A stretch of 64,000 nucleotides of DNA from Spizellomyces punctatus DAOM BR117. Lineage: Eukaryota. The translations under genes and the position numbers were made by a program. Location of the stretch: the NCBI GenBank assembly GCA_000182565.2, contig KQ257456.1; one strand, 5' to 3'. Below the pieces are notes generated by a model, which worked only from the letters and a program-made list of their open reading frames with translations, was not told where the DNA came from and ran no database searches. Positions 62,892 through 64,000 of the stretch are shown here, piece by piece. Within the stretch, counting starts at the first letter, position 1, and every line of letters starts with the position of its first letter.

Positions 62892-64000
62892 ATGGCTACA
62901 TTCGCAACTGAAATTTGGACGCCTGGTTTGGTAGAAAAGCCCACGCACAGGCATCCCAGCGTGGCCTCCAGACAATCATCTGTGGCGTCTCACAAGGCAC
63001 CATCGAGAAATCCAAGCGGTGCGGCTGGTAGACCTCCGCCAGCCCCAGTGAGCAGTAGTAATGGCTCAGTCTCGGGAGCATCGACCGTGTCCGGTGTGGC
63101 TGACGATAAGGGGTGAGTACTCACAGTGTTGACATTGTTATTCTTCGTGGATCTGACATGTATGACGTACAGGCGACCTCCTTCACCTAGTAGCATCACC
63201 TTTCCAGTCCCGCCTCGTCGTAATATTCTATACCGCATCTTCCATCCGGGGGAATCCGACGGAGAGCCTGTCTTTGGTCGTTCGCGCCGGTCCTATGGCA
63301 GTGGCAGTGAGGCAGAGTCCGAAGGTGAACACTCGGATGAGTCTGATACGGAAGGATTCTTTGGACGCCCACGTCGTCGACAGAACAGTCTCACGGAAGC
63401 AATGCGCAAAGTGGAACTTAATGATTTGACCCGTCGCAGTGTCTCGACCAAGGAAAAGCCCAAACACCGCGGTCCTTCCATGTTCAAGGGAGCGTCGGAT
63501 ACTGAGGGTAGTGGCTCCGAGACAGAGCCTGAACCGGCTCAACCCAAGCGTTCGACATCAAAGTCCAACATCTTTTACGACCTGCTTCACGGTGGTAGGA
63601 AGCCCAAGAGTCAATCTGCGCCTACGAGCCCTGGCATCAATCCCGTCGCTGCCCCGCTCGAGTACAGCTCTGACGACAGTAGCAAGAGCAGTGACTCGGA
63701 AGTGGAAACCAAAGTTGAACATTCTCACAATCTGTTCAAGGATCTCATTATGCATGCGCGACAAAAGAAGCATGCTGTCGCTGGGAAAGCCGCCGAAAGT
63801 CATGCTCGTACCGCAGGTCCTCCTAGCCCCGGTGCGGATGACAAGCCGGCCATGATGAGGTCCTTGTCTGAGAACTCGCTCACCAAATACGGACGCAAGG
63901 AAGAGATTCTTGGTAGAGGTGCGAATGCGGTCGTTCGCTTGTGTTGTCCTGCCGACAATAAGGAAAAGAAGCTCGCCATCAAAGAGTTTCGTAAGCGCCG
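62892..64000 (+). CDS. HAL/Npr1/Hrk1/Sat4-type Ser/Thr kinase, N-terminal part (runs off window)
   Basis: Exon 62892-63112, GTGAGT...TACAG intron, then an open frame to the edge ending KYGRKEEILGRGANAVVRL...LAIKEFRKR (kinase subdomains I-II). Confidence 0.8.

Overview
This is eukaryotic, fungal-type DNA. It has compact genes with many short (~55-70 nt) GT-AG introns, and the gene content suggests an early-diverging fungus such as a chytrid (inference only). Ordinary genes occupy both flanks: tandem-CCCH mRNA-decay factor, MOSC protein, DOMON-cytochrome b561, MARK/Kin1 kinase, RING protein, SET-bromodomain-tandem Tudor protein, C2H2 transcription factor, LysM protein, MSH5, intronless MEDS-PAS hybrid histidine kinase, GT32, LEA-like protein, homeodomain factor, AVT-type amino acid transporter and a HAL/Npr-type kinase. 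There is also one tRNA-Arg(UCU). The central ~37.6-53 kb is accessory and repeat-rich. It holds a family of promoter + hairpin-array + intron-module elements, a co-oriented string of gene fragments and a 100-N gap. The most striking unexplained structure is a repeat-spacer system at three loci (32.1-33.3 kb, 51.5-52.85 kb, and a solo copy at 22.5 kb). Each ~290-bp unit has a degenerate tRNA-Ser-like head, then a unique 19-23-nt trailer (8 of 9 start with T exactly after the discriminator base), then an oligo-T tract and a conserved structured linker. This resembles a Pol III, RNase Z-released small-RNA or guide array. Function is inferred, not shown.
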